Virus record (IMG/VR): IMGVR_UViG_2854418831_000003
Location: 15,958-79,957 of that record
DNA from: a virus
Lineage: Duplodnaviria > Caudoviricetes
Direction: 5' to 3' (one strand)
Length of the DNA stretch: 64,000 bases
The translations under genes and the position numbers were made by a program. Under the pieces are notes generated by a model. The model ran no database searches, was not told the DNA's origin, and saw nothing but the letters and a program-made list of their open reading frames with translations. This document shows positions 37,401 through 46,343 of the stretch, one piece after another; positions within the stretch are counted from its first letter, which is position 1, and every line of letters begins with the position of its first letter.

Positions 37401-37850
37401 GCTGTACGCTCTGGCGATCAGGGCGCTCACTGCGTTCTTTTGCTCGGTGCTTATATTCGTTACAAACTCCGCGCCGTGCTCTTGAACCCACTTCGTTACC
37501 CCTGGCCATGTGTGATCAAAGAAAAAACTGTCATGCTGTTCCTGCACGCCCAGGCTTGCTGTTTCCATAGCTTTAACCCATACAGGGGACAGCTTGTCGC
37601 TTACCATCTTGCTATAATCCTGCTGCCACTGTTGGAAAGTGCTTTCGCTCATGTGGCCGTTCATTATAGCCTCGCGGATTTCCTTGTAGGTAATTGCATT
37701 TTGCTGGTTGGTCCATGTGCTATGCAAAATATATGCCGGTTCAGCGGACGCCGCGTTCAGGAAGCTGTTCAGCTTGTTCAGCGCATTTTGTCCGCCCTGG
37801 CTTTTCTTCTTGCCAGTCGCTTTGCGGATCCGTATTTTCTTAAATTGCAT
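34431..37850 (-). CDS. MuF (gpF-like) minor head protein with kinase-like, Rho-N-like and ADP-ribosyltransferase-like C-terminal domains
   Basis: MuF motifs RANMIAETE, VCDIC, PPAHPQCRC in aa 1-310; extra domains described in findings. Confidence 0.88.
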   Translation of the reverse strand: MQFKKIRIRKATGKKKSQGGQNALNKLNSFLNAASAEPAYILHSTWTNQQNAITYKEIREAIMNGHMSESTFQQWQQDYSKMVSDKLSPVWVKAMETASLGVQEQHDSFFFDHTWPGVTKWVQEHGAEFVTNISTEQKNAVSALIARAYSKGESAEELSRAIRPCIGLTQRQAIANANYYDHVKDSLLKNNPGMKEATAAKKAQEAAAKYAAQQHRYRANMIAETEMAFAYQHGEYEAVKMAQAQGLMGVVEKVWSTAYDDGVCDICNGLEGQTIGIDDDFNFKLNKLLFGGQRLTPPAHPQCRCAVEYREISPPVIQPAQSQVPGPNIPDPATPSIPDSLQMPQGMKDKGLAHLGGTGEMHLCEDDSGTEWLFKPAQSKSGTPEEFRAYVQEAGYKVQGIVDPDTAVKVGTGHIGGQFGAYQQKIDVDPNGFDFKAWQQYGTKGLTADQVQQIQREHVTDWLLGNYDSHGGNFVTDTSGQLIGVDKEQSFRYITDKASGKMTYAYHPNSKYGETEPLYNTVFRKYANNELDLNPQDTLAYIKRVEAIPDKEYREIFRGYAESLKGKGKDAEQLLDAIVERKQNLRETYRTFYTDLLTQRTGKKQAAFVWADEAQNTAKTIQAATHDAAALKKMGKADLLQMAKAQNIAYCNNMNKQQLIDSLSDPVKAKQCSKDVRDRLAANQAARNAKATPKAPAATNTGHLPPGTKTAEDVFTDFDKIHPGPKQGQAVWSDADKVEGMNLSARRMIIDGDVHYEITGKLRSSAWDDVLQRMDGANPTVPAQRINMSFETTAPTARAWTSNTLVETQANIHGVVTYLDSYDPKYASFELYSGQSLHSWDGYFRIRVRSSGDGIADAKKATELLKKVGLDEVARTPTAAAEETLKKARLVWSQAPGRVDELKDLAGSRLVSKLDEIIAQENINVVQLASMKLQSEYNGYITYVVPGLAKDLEKAGAKYVYHSVSREGDVIKILQSGGISSTMSRIKQGIQQPAGASMYSDMGTGGADNAFTRLVTGSAQKAKRKFSNASVAGDYQIKMSTAVLERTDYYSFGGDKFGKVADISKYGASPEQFVKNMESSFAGSNEIMFRNGIDSRYFTEIMCNSRYERQHLLSELRARGIMDINGIDIEKFITVGSEL

Positions 37851-39286
37851 TATGGGTCCCTCCCCAGTCTCTTCCTTGCCTCCTCAACGGCCTGCATATC
37901 TTCCTCGGTCACTCCGTCAGGATCTTCCTCTCCTCCGGGGTCAACCGTGCTGCTACGCTGCTGTTGTGGTTTTGCCTGCTGCCTCTGCCGCGCATTTACT
38001 GGCTTTTCTCCTCCCTGTGCCGGTACCGCCGGGGTATCATCTTCCAGGCGCTCAGGCAGGTGTGCTGCTTCTCTCACATAGTCCTCTAACTGGCTGTCTG
38101 GCGTTAATATGCCGACGCCGGTCATTTCCTTTATGTAGTTGGCCAGCTTCTCGATGTCCTCGTCCTCAATGTCTCCGTGCTCCATTCGCGGGTAATCTGT
38201 AATGCCGTTGAAGTGGTCGCCGTTCAGGTTGATCAGACGGGGGATTGCCTGGTTATTAAAAACCTCACAAATAATATCAAGGTACGCGCCTATTGCCATG
38301 GAAAACAGCTCTGTCTTGTCGCTGCTTAGTGCAAAGCTGCCGACGCTCTGGTGCCCCAGGAAAATAAAATCTGCCAGCACGGTCATTGCCATGCGGGTGT
38401 CATATCTCTCAATGATCGCGTTGGTATCAAACTGGCGGCGGCCTCCGGTGCTCAACAGCTGGAACTGCCAGCCGTTCGGAAGTGCCAGCCCCTCGGTACT
38501 GTCTCGGCGCACATTTTTAACAATGGCCTCCATGCCTGCGCGGATGGCTACCATGTCCGGATCATCCGTGTCCCATATGTTCATACCCTCTGGCGCTGTC
38601 AACACCGGGAAGCCAGCCAGATCTCTCTCTATACCGATTCCCTCAATCTCCTGTATGCGGCGCTTGAAGTACCAGGACCGGTATGCGTTCCTCAGTACGC
38701 TGCGCCCCTCCGGGTTGTTCTTCCGGCTCTTTGTCCGGAACAACAGGGCTTTTTCTATCGGTATCGTGTACAGGCCGAAGTTTGGCGGCGGCATCTGTGT
38801 CATGCCGGTCAGGTTGTCATTGTCGTCATACTCCCACTGATAAAGGGTTTCTTGTGCTCTGATAGGCAGCTTGGCCCATCCGATCAGCCCGTCGTCATAC
38901 TTGCTATTTAGGCGGCTGTCCCTATTTTTGCCGCAACGCCGCTTGTACACGATTTCGTGGTAGCTCCACCCGTATGTTAAAAAGGACAAGATTTCCGAAA
39001 TGGTATCTGTCCAGGTGTCCTGCATGTCGTCCATGCAGCTCTCAACAAACTCTGCTGCCTCTTCGTCTGCGTTCTCCGGTCCTCCTGGCTGTATGGTCCA
39101 GTTCGTCTGCCGAATCAGCATTTCAATGGCAAACAGTATGGCGCCGATCACGTCGTCATTGTCCGCCATTTCTCTGTATGTCTCCACGCCTTTACGGCCC
39201 TGGAGCTCTTTCAAAAATTCCTCGTAAAAAAAGCCGCCATAGCGCTTTTGCCCTATGCGGCCGATTTCTCCTGCTGTGGTTGCCAC
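37850..39286 (-). CDS. Portal protein (DUF935/Mu gp29-like)
   Basis: GTG start with AGGAGG SD; NPEGRSVLR..Y..WYFK...IGIERDLAGFP, GSFALS motifs. Confidence 0.88.
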   Translation of the reverse strand: MATTAGEIGRIGQKRYGGFFYEEFLKELQGRKGVETYREMADNDDVIGAILFAIEMLIRQTNWTIQPGGPENADEEAAEFVESCMDDMQDTWTDTISEILSFLTYGWSYHEIVYKRRCGKNRDSRLNSKYDDGLIGWAKLPIRAQETLYQWEYDDNDNLTGMTQMPPPNFGLYTIPIEKALLFRTKSRKNNPEGRSVLRNAYRSWYFKRRIQEIEGIGIERDLAGFPVLTAPEGMNIWDTDDPDMVAIRAGMEAIVKNVRRDSTEGLALPNGWQFQLLSTGGRRQFDTNAIIERYDTRMAMTVLADFIFLGHQSVGSFALSSDKTELFSMAIGAYLDIICEVFNNQAIPRLINLNGDHFNGITDYPRMEHGDIEDEDIEKLANYIKEMTGVGILTPDSQLEDYVREAAHLPERLEDDTPAVPAQGGEKPVNARQRQQAKPQQQRSSTVDPGGEEDPDGVTEEDMQAVEEARKRLGRDP

Positions 39287-39444
39287 TATGACAGCCCTCC
39301 TTTCCGTCCACAAATCTTATACAGCAGCTTCTGTGCTGTCTGTTGTACCTTAACCTGCACGGAGGCGTTTCTGTCCATGTTCTTGCCGTCTCCCTTGCTG
39401 GTCTTATTGTTCCGGTTGATCCGGTTCATCAGCGACAGGCTCAT
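39286..39444 (-). CDS. Small basic hypothetical protein
   Basis: 52 aa, overlaps both neighbours by 1 nt. Confidence 0.45.
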   Translation of the reverse strand: MSLSLMNRINRNNKTSKGDGKNMDRNASVQVKVQQTAQKLLYKICGRKGGLS

Positions 39445-39767
39445 TATTCCCCACCTGCCTCTGCTACCTGGCCATATCCATAGTACATAATACCTGTACC
39501 GCTTGAAATCGTCACGCTGGCCGCTTTCAGGTACAAACAGTTGCCTGCTGTCAAAACCAGGCCGTCAACCGCTGCTGGCGCATCCCAGGCGGCTCCCACT
39601 GTTCTGATTGTCGTATCTGTCAGCGCCTGCACCGCAACAATGTGGCGGTTCTCTGCCTCCGGTTCGTACTTAGTGGCCGCTCCGGTTGCATTGTAAAGCA
39701 TACAACCAAAACCGCCCATGCCGGCGATCATGCTTCCGTTTGCAGCGTTTCTGTTTCCCATTCCCAT
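39444..39767 (-). CDS. Hypothetical beta-rich protein
   Basis: 107 aa from MGMGNRNA, GAGGTG SD. Confidence 0.6.
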   Translation of the reverse strand: MGMGNRNAANGSMIAGMGGFGCMLYNATGAATKYEPEAENRHIVAVQALTDTTIRTVGAAWDAPAAVDGLVLTAGNCLYLKAASVTISSGTGIMYYGYGQVAEAGGE

Positions 39768-39778
39768 AGCCTTGCACC

Positions 39779-41278
39779 TCACTTTCCTCTCCAATAACTG
39801 CTCATGCCGCCCGCTACTGCCTCGGCCGGCGGTCCTGTCTGCGATGGCTTGTCCATCAAATACAACACGGCCTGCACAAGGGCGTCAACCGTGTCTTTGT
39901 ATACCCCTTTCGGGAACATCAATAAATCTTTTTGCAGGTCTGCGACCCATGACGCCGTGTTTGGATCCGGGAAAAATACGTTCCCAGCCTCGAAGTACGG
40001 CGTAACCGATATTGCTCTCTCTTCCTTACTGCCGCGCGGGTTATATGGCACCATTCCAGGGATTTCCTTGTCCAGCACGTCCATGACCGCCGGTCCGTTC
40101 GCCTTATCCTCCACAACCTTTGCCCTGGCCTTTGGCCATTTCGCTGTCATGTCCCGGATAGCTTTTACCGACTGGGTAAAGCTCATTTTGTCATTTACCA
40201 GGTCAAAAACGTATATGTTCGGGCCACTTCTGCCGACCACATAACCGGCAACCTTGGCGCTACCGTCGCTGTTCTTAAATGCAAGGTCCCAGCTCTGTAT
40301 GATCATGTTACAGTGCGGGGCTGTTGTGTAATAGTGCTGCAACCAGGCCTTTTTGAAGACGTTACCGTCTGCCGGTGCCGGCCGCTGCTGCATCTGTCCG
40401 GAATACTGTAAAGAGCCCATGCTCTTTTTCAGTCCGGCCAGAGATTCCTTGTCGTATCGCTGGGGGTTCAGGATGTCCCCCTCTTCCCTTATGAGCTGCT
40501 TGCCGCTTTTCGGGAATGTTATTATTGTCTTTTTCTCTGCCTCAGCCGGTAAACACAAATGTTCATAGCCCAGGTTTTCTGCCAGCACATAGCCGGTCAG
40601 GTCCATTTCATGTAATCGCTGCATAACGATAATGATCGCGCCGTTCTTTGGGTCGTTCAGTCGTGTCTGCAGTGTATTCTTAAAAAAATCTATAGTGTTT
40701 TGCCGCTCAGTCTCACTGTTGGCCTGCGCTGGGTTCTGCGGGTCGTCAACTATAATTATGTCGCCGCCCTCGCCAGTCAGTGCACCACCGACAGATGTCG
40801 AAAACATCATACCTTGGTGGGTGTTCTTAAATTCGTTCTGCCGGTTTACGTCGTCTTTCAATTTTACAATGTCGCCCCAGTTCTCAGTGTACCAGGGAGA
40901 CTGTATAATATCACGGCTCAGTACGTTGTGCTTACGGCTCAGGGAATCACTGTACGAAACCTTAATAAATCTTTTCTCAGGTGCCTGGGTCCAGGCCCAG
41001 CAGGGGAAGCACACCGTTACATTTATGCTTTTCATGTGTCGGGGCGGGATATTTATCACAAGCCGCTTTATTTCCCCGTCCCTAACAGCGTGCAGGTACT
41101 CACATATCAGATCAATGTGCCAGTTCGGTATATACGTGGTACCCGGCTCAATAATCGGCCAGGACTGCTGTATAAACTCCGATAGGGACCGCTCTGCCCG
41201 TTCCCTGCGAATCCCTTTTAACAGGGTTCCTGGGTCAAACTGGCTGCTATTTATGTAGCTTTCCCAGTATTTGCTCAA
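39779..41278 (-). CDS. terL: Terminase large subunit
   Basis: INIPPRHMKS Walker A, IIVDDPQ Walker B, SWDLAFK and DTVDA nuclease acidic residues. Confidence 0.93.
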   Translation of the reverse strand: MSKYWESYINSSQFDPGTLLKGIRRERAERSLSEFIQQSWPIIEPGTTYIPNWHIDLICEYLHAVRDGEIKRLVINIPPRHMKSINVTVCFPCWAWTQAPEKRFIKVSYSDSLSRKHNVLSRDIIQSPWYTENWGDIVKLKDDVNRQNEFKNTHQGMMFSTSVGGALTGEGGDIIIVDDPQNPAQANSETERQNTIDFFKNTLQTRLNDPKNGAIIIVMQRLHEMDLTGYVLAENLGYEHLCLPAEAEKKTIITFPKSGKQLIREEGDILNPQRYDKESLAGLKKSMGSLQYSGQMQQRPAPADGNVFKKAWLQHYYTTAPHCNMIIQSWDLAFKNSDGSAKVAGYVVGRSGPNIYVFDLVNDKMSFTQSVKAIRDMTAKWPKARAKVVEDKANGPAVMDVLDKEIPGMVPYNPRGSKEERAISVTPYFEAGNVFFPDPNTASWVADLQKDLLMFPKGVYKDTVDALVQAVLYLMDKPSQTGPPAEAVAGGMSSYWRGK

Positions 41279-41825
41279 GGTTTTCCAGCTCCTCGTCTGA
41301 TAGGTCGGACATGTCCGGAATGCTGCCGCTCAGTTCCAGGCCGCCGCTGTGCTCAACGGTTGCCTTTGCGCTCACGGCTATGCTCTCCGCACTGTCGCCG
41401 CGGCTCATTCTTTCTATCTTCACGCCGACGTCTGCCAGTCGGGCAATGTCCTGTGCAGACAATTCATTATCCGGGAGGGCTATCAGGCCACGGGTGGCTT
41501 TATTCAAAAGCTGTACGCCCAGTTTTGCGTGTAGATCGTGCATTTTCTTGATTTCCTGCTCATTCTTGAAGCGTTCCAGCTCGGTCATGTAAACATCATA
41601 GGCCGCTGCACGTTCTACCCAGTTCCACTGCGTACTCAGCTTTTCAATGCTGCTTTTGCTTTTCATTCCCATAGCATCTGCCAGGCGTCGAATGCTTCTT
41701 TTCTCCGGTTCCCGTCCCTGGGTTCCGTATGGCATATCTCTGTACTGGCAAAACTTTTGGTAATGCTGCGACTTCTCGCCCTCCTGCTGCTCCCATAGTT
41801 CAGGCGCGTCTCTCTTTGCTGCCAT
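41247..41825 (-). CDS. terS: Terminase small subunit
   Basis: WEQQEGE...F..YRDM...RS...WNWVERAAAYD HTH, directly upstream of terL. Confidence 0.75.
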   Translation of the reverse strand: MAAKRDAPELWEQQEGEKSQHYQKFCQYRDMPYGTQGREPEKRSIRRLADAMGMKSKSSIEKLSTQWNWVERAAAYDVYMTELERFKNEQEIKKMHDLHAKLGVQLLNKATRGLIALPDNELSAQDIARLADVGVKIERMSRGDSAESIAVSAKATVEHSGGLELSGSIPDMSDLSDEELENLEQILGKLHK

Positions 41826-41853
41826 GTGCTGCTCCCTCCTTTCTCCAAAACAT

Positions 41854-41878
41854 AAAAAGAACGGCCATGGTGGCCGCC
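41854..41878 (-). terminator. Intrinsic terminator after the MTase
   Basis: CGGCCA-CCA-TGGCCG-TTCTTTTT. Confidence 0.5.
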
Positions 41879-41888
41879 CTCTCAGGTG

Positions 41889-43535
41889 TTACTCTTTGCC
41901 AGGGACATTGATGTCCTCAGCAGCTTCCGGCGTTTCTTCCGGATCCGGCATATTTGCCTTTATATTTTCATCATTCAGCTGCACGTATGCGTATTCTTTG
42001 CCGTCCCTGGTGCATGTAACACCAGCATTGCCGGTATAGCTTACATACCGCCGAATAATTCCATCACAATAGGTTGGGCTTAACTCTACCAGCCTGGCCT
42101 GTCTCTCGGTCATTTCTGCGCCGATCAGCGTGAAGCCAGAACCGCCGAACAGGTCCAGGATAATGTCTCCCGGATCCGAGCTGTTCAGTATCGCCCTTGT
42201 GGCCAGCTCCACCGGTTTCTGTGTCGGGTGGAACGTCGCCGTATCTCTTGCCACTTCCCAAACGGCTCCCTGCTTATCTTCCGGGTATAAGAAAACGCTT
42301 TTATCTTCCTGCAGTCTCAGGTACCGGATTTTCTTTCCCTTTGGTACCTTGTCAGAAATAAAAGCCTTGCCTCCTGCTCCGTCAGTTACAACAATGCCAC
42401 CGCTCAGGGTGGTTGCCATGCCTGCATCATCCCGGAGGGTTATCTTCCAGCAAGTGTTGTTGCTGCGATCTCCGCACCACTTGGCCGTATGCCCTGCTTT
42501 CTCTGCATAAAACATAGGCTCAAAGTCTCTCAGGTAATCGGTACCGCTTAGGTTGTGGTTGTTCTTCAACCAAATAAGATATTGCTTTTCTAACAGCCCG
42601 GCCGCCGTCATGGCGTCCTCAAAGTCCCTGCGGGTGTCTGTTGCATGGTAAATGTAAAATGCAGCGTCTGGCTTGCTGTACTTCACGGCGTTCTTAAATG
42701 CCGGAATCAGTAACTTGCCGAGGAGGTCGTCGTCGGTCAGCTCGTCGTTGGCGATCATGCCGTTGTTTTCGATCTGCTGTTTCTGTCTCTTCCCGTTTCC
42801 TCCACCGCCATCCAGGCTTATGCCATACGGTGGATCAGTGTTCACACACTGCGCCAGTTCATCCCCCAGCAGCTTCTGCAGGGTTTCTGGCTTAGTGCTG
42901 TCTCCACAAATCAGGCGGTGCTGTCCCAGGTGCCAAATATCTCCGGCGTGGGTCATAGGAATGTTTTTCGGTGGCGGTACGGTGTCCTCTCCGTTGTTCT
43001 CCGTATCGTCCACGCCTCCCAGGGCGTTGAGCAGATCTTCCAGGTCCTCCTCTGTGTAACCGCTCATTTCCAGCGGTATCTCTCCGGTGTCCATCTGCTG
43101 CAGCATGTCTGCCAGTGCCGAGGTGTTCATTTCGCTCAGCTCTGCCAGGCGGTTGTCTGCCATCAGATCAGCGTACTCCTCTGCCTCCGAGGCATATTCC
43201 TGGTATTCAACAGGCACAACACTGGCCTGCATGGACTGTGCAGCTTCCAGGCGTCCGTGACCGGTCACAACAAAGCCGCTGCGTTTGCTCACTGTAATAG
43301 GTTTCCTCCATCCCTGCCCCTTGATAATGGCAGCCAGCAGTGCGACCTGCTTAGGTGGATGGGTGTTTGGGTTTCCAGGGTTCGGAACCACTTTGCCAAT
43401 AGGTACCAGCTCGTCAAAAGCACAAAAGACCTTTACACCCTCCGGCGTAACGGCCCTTGCTTCCGCTTCGGTCTGGTAGTTGGCCACGTTGTTGAAATAG
43501 TTCTCAACCTCGTCTTTTTTCTTCTTTCTTGCCAT
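41889..43535 (-). CDS. ParB-domain / N6A-N4C DNA methyltransferase fusion
   Basis: PNPGNPNTH...GWRKPI...VVTGHGRLEAA (ParB); DPPY, HPTQKP, LDLFGGSG (beta-class MTase). Confidence 0.9.
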   Translation of the reverse strand: MARKKKKDEVENYFNNVANYQTEAEARAVTPEGVKVFCAFDELVPIGKVVPNPGNPNTHPPKQVALLAAIIKGQGWRKPITVSKRSGFVVTGHGRLEAAQSMQASVVPVEYQEYASEAEEYADLMADNRLAELSEMNTSALADMLQQMDTGEIPLEMSGYTEEDLEDLLNALGGVDDTENNGEDTVPPPKNIPMTHAGDIWHLGQHRLICGDSTKPETLQKLLGDELAQCVNTDPPYGISLDGGGGNGKRQKQQIENNGMIANDELTDDDLLGKLLIPAFKNAVKYSKPDAAFYIYHATDTRRDFEDAMTAAGLLEKQYLIWLKNNHNLSGTDYLRDFEPMFYAEKAGHTAKWCGDRSNNTCWKITLRDDAGMATTLSGGIVVTDGAGGKAFISDKVPKGKKIRYLRLQEDKSVFLYPEDKQGAVWEVARDTATFHPTQKPVELATRAILNSSDPGDIILDLFGGSGFTLIGAEMTERQARLVELSPTYCDGIIRRYVSYTGNAGVTCTRDGKEYAYVQLNDENIKANMPDPEETPEAAEDINVPGKE

Positions 43536-43558
43536 TTCTCCAATTCCTCCACTCTATC

Positions 43559-43587
43559 ATTTTAACATCTATGTAGTGCATTGAAAA
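43559..43587 (-). promoter_or_regulatory. Candidate late promoter
   Basis: TTTTCA-17-TAAAAT with extended TG, upstream of the MTase-terS-terL genes. Confidence 0.4.
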
Positions 43588-43613
43588 TGTCTACTTTTTG
43601 CACCGTGCAGGCA

Positions 43614-44258
43614 CTATGCAAGTCTTATGCCATCAATGCCGAAAATCAGGGCAGACAGCGGCTTTACGGCCTTTCCCAGGTCGCTGTAATAGGTGCGCTT
43701 TTCTACACAATTTTCGCGTGCAATTTCTTCTGCACTCTTCTTTTCCGGTGCGATATATGCAGCGTGCAAAATCCGGTACCGGCGCATTTCCTCTGCCTTG
43801 CCGCTCTGTTCGCATGATATCCGGTACAGATTCAGCATTTCGTCAATGTGCGTCAGTATGATCAATGTGCGCTGCTGGCTCTGCTTAATGCTGCCAATAT
43901 AATAATTATCCTCGTATTCAAAGCTGTCCAGGCCGTCCAGAATGTCCAGGGCGCTCTCTTTTGCCTTGCGGCCATTAAATACTGCACCGCTCACATGCTC
44001 TTTCAGGTTCCGGTAATTTGCCAGCAACAGGCGTGTGTTGTGCAGTCTCCGACTATATCTTCCCTTTGTCTGCTCCTTTTTGCCCTCTTCCAGGCGTCTC
44101 TCCGCCGCTGCCGTTCCTGCTTCTACGCCTATGCGGATAGCTTCATCAATAGCCCGCTGGCTCAGCACCTCGTACACCCCTGCCAGTGCGCCAGGCTCTC
44201 TGCTGGTTCCTCTTACCTCTTCTTTCTCTTCCACGCTCTGCTCCATTACTCTCTCCAT
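43614..44258 (-). CDS. Late transcription regulator (ArpU/RinA-like position)
   Basis: C-terminal sigma4-like HTH SAEEIARENCVEKRTYYSDL. Confidence 0.65.
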   Translation of the reverse strand: MERVMEQSVEEKEEVRGTSREPGALAGVYEVLSQRAIDEAIRIGVEAGTAAAERRLEEGKKEQTKGRYSRRLHNTRLLLANYRNLKEHVSGAVFNGRKAKESALDILDGLDSFEYEDNYYIGSIKQSQQRTLIILTHIDEMLNLYRISCEQSGKAEEMRRYRILHAAYIAPEKKSAEEIARENCVEKRTYYSDLGKAVKPLSALIFGIDGIRLA

Positions 44259-44527
44259 TCTGGATCAGCCTCCTCTCCTAACCATTCATCAATACGTTTT
44301 TCCTGCGCCTCCCTCAATAAAGGGCTTAAATACATTGTCGTTTTCCAACACATCCGTTTCAGTGCTTTTCTCAGCTGCTCGCGGTCTGCCAGTTTCAACA
44401 TATCCTCATTTGTCTTGACCTTTTTCAGTTTTTCCTCATACATGGTATTGGCTGCGCACAACGCCCATGTGATCAGGCTCCCGGCTCCCAGCAATGCGCC
44501 GGCCACAAATGCCGCTATAATTTCCAT
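44246..44527 (-). CDS. Hypothetical membrane-anchored protein
   Basis: N-terminal hydrophobic segment. Confidence 0.55.
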   Translation of the reverse strand: MEIIAAFVAGALLGAGSLITWALCAANTMYEEKLKKVKTNEDMLKLADREQLRKALKRMCWKTTMYLSPLLREAQEKRIDEWLGEEADPEWRE

Positions 44528-44569
44528 GTCGGCCTCCTCTCCGATATGTTCCCGACATAAATGTCGGGA

Positions 44570-44872
44570 TCAATCTATGTCCCAGTTTCTGTTGTCCCAT
44601 ATCTTTATGCCGTGTACCATTCTCCGGACGGTATAGCACACGCCCCAGCATTTCAATTTCTTAAAATACGCCTTTTCTCTCCATGTCAGCGGCCAGATTC
44701 TTCCTTTCAGCAGCGTAACCTCAACGGTACCACGATTGTTATCAACCATAACCCGCGCCCGTTTAAATCCCAGTGCCTCAAAGAAATCCGTCATATACAT
44801 GGCTTCCATAGCGCAATCCATTTTTCCCATAATTCTCATGCTCTCCTGCCTGTCCGGGCGGCGTGTTTCCAC
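44570..44872 (-). CDS. Hypothetical protein
   Basis: ORF in the early-middle operon. Confidence 0.5.
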   Translation of the reverse strand: METRRPDRQESMRIMGKMDCAMEAMYMTDFFEALGFKRARVMVDNNRGTVEVTLLKGRIWPLTWREKAYFKKLKCWGVCYTVRRMVHGIKIWDNRNWDID

Positions 44873-44904
44873 GCTCGCCCATAATATTTATTGACTTATC
44901 CACA

Positions 44905-45732
44905 CTATCCCAAATTCTTAGGGGGATAACTAAATGGGAAATCCTGCACCAGTTCCCCGGTAAAATAAGGGGCCAGGTTATTTTTCAAAAATACCTTGCT
45001 ACCGTGTGCCTGGGAAAATTCAAGGATATGCTGCACCCATTCTGCCTGTGGTATCGTTTTATTTTTCTGCTGGCCAGTCTCAGCTCCGACAATGATCCAG
45101 GGCGGCGCATAAGTTCCTTTTGTTTCACTGCGTATAACCCACGATGCGTCAAAAGTAAAATCCTCCTGTATAGGCTCAATGCTTAAAAACCAGTTATACG
45201 TGCCAGGCTCAAACCAGGCATACTGCTGATCTGGTCTTGTTACTGTCGTGCCATACCAGAAATTTCCCTGCTGTGGCAGCTTTCCTGCTTCTGCCAGCTG
45301 TATGTATCTCTGTGGGTTCTTTGTCAGAAACAAATACGTGTGCCACGGCGCGGCTTGCGCCGCCCCGAAAACTCTCCGGATCCATTCATCCGGTACCCAC
45401 TCCCCGAATAGGTCGCCCATGCTTACCACAAATATAACCGCCGGTTTCTTTTTCTGTGCCGGCATAGGCAGGCAATACTCCCGAAACATAGGTTCGAACT
45501 TTACCGGGAACGGCGTCACTTTCCCGATCTCGTTTTTAAAAGGCTTTTCCAGCACCCAGCGGGTTCCTCTTTCGTCCCACTCTTTTCTCAGCTGCTCAGA
45601 TGTTTTGTTGATCAGCACATTACCAGAAAATCTGTTCGCCTGCTTAGCTGCGTAACAATACAGGCAGCCATGCTGACATCCTGTCACGGGATTCCATGTG
45701 AAATCACACCATTCAATCAGGCTTTTGTTCAT
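44905..45732 (-). CDS. DUF5131 (phage Gp37/Gp68) radical-SAM-like protein
   Basis: IEWCDFTWNPVTGCQHGCLYCYA (CxxxCxxC), FVVSMGDLF, LTKNP, VGAETG. Confidence 0.85.
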   Translation of the reverse strand: MNKSLIEWCDFTWNPVTGCQHGCLYCYAAKQANRFSGNVLINKTSEQLRKEWDERGTRWVLEKPFKNEIGKVTPFPVKFEPMFREYCLPMPAQKKKPAVIFVVSMGDLFGEWVPDEWIRRVFGAAQAAPWHTYLFLTKNPQRYIQLAEAGKLPQQGNFWYGTTVTRPDQQYAWFEPGTYNWFLSIEPIQEDFTFDASWVIRSETKGTYAPPWIIVGAETGQQKNKTIPQAEWVQHILEFSQAHGSKVFLKNNLAPYFTGELVQDFPFSYPPKNLG

Positions 45733-46144
45733 CACGCGTGTTTCCCTCCTCTCTATCTGCAAACATAAATGTTATTTCCGCTCTTTTGCTTTCATAAAGT
45801 GGACGGATTGTAATGTTGTACGCGCACCGCGAATTGTCTCTTGTAAACTCAAATGTTTCCGCCAGCGTATTCCCGAAATAAATGCCATACTCCGTGCACT
45901 CGTCCAATTTTAAAATAAAAGGCAGATACTGGACCACTTCTTCTGCATGTTTAAATACGTTTTTATTTATGCGAATGTTTCCACGGTAATCTTTATAGAT
46001 GTACCGGTACAGCTGTGGGAATCCATTTTGCAAACCCTCTTGCACAAAATTCTCAAAGTTTTCCATTGTATTGCAAATTGTTCCCCTTGCTATATATTCA
46101 ATAGTCTTTTTCAGGTCAATCCAGCCGCTTTCATAAATTTTCAT
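45713..46144 (-). CDS. Hypothetical protein
   Basis: 143 aa, AT-rich. Confidence 0.6.
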   Translation of the reverse strand: MKIYESGWIDLKKTIEYIARGTICNTMENFENFVQEGLQNGFPQLYRYIYKDYRGNIRINKNVFKHAEEVVQYLPFILKLDECTEYGIYFGNTLAETFEFTRDNSRCAYNITIRPLYESKRAEITFMFADREEGNTRDEQKPD

Positions 46145-46157
46145 TATCTTGCCCTCC

Positions 46158-46343
46158 TCACTTGCATTTTACCTTTTCCAGGATCCGCTGCCTCAGTGAT
46201 TCATTGCTTTCAAACAGTCGTGGCTTTACCCCAAAAATGTACGCATGTTTTTTTAAGATTCTTCTCTGCAGGCGCCAGGCTGTCCACTTGCTGGGTTTCT
46301 TAAAGATTATTATCTCTTTTTCATCCATTGTCTTGCCCTCCAT
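46158..46343 (-). CDS. Hypothetical protein
   Basis: 61 aa. Confidence 0.45.
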   Translation of the reverse strand: MEGKTMDEKEIIIFKKPSKWTAWRLQRRILKKHAYIFGVKPRLFESNESLRQRILEKVKCK

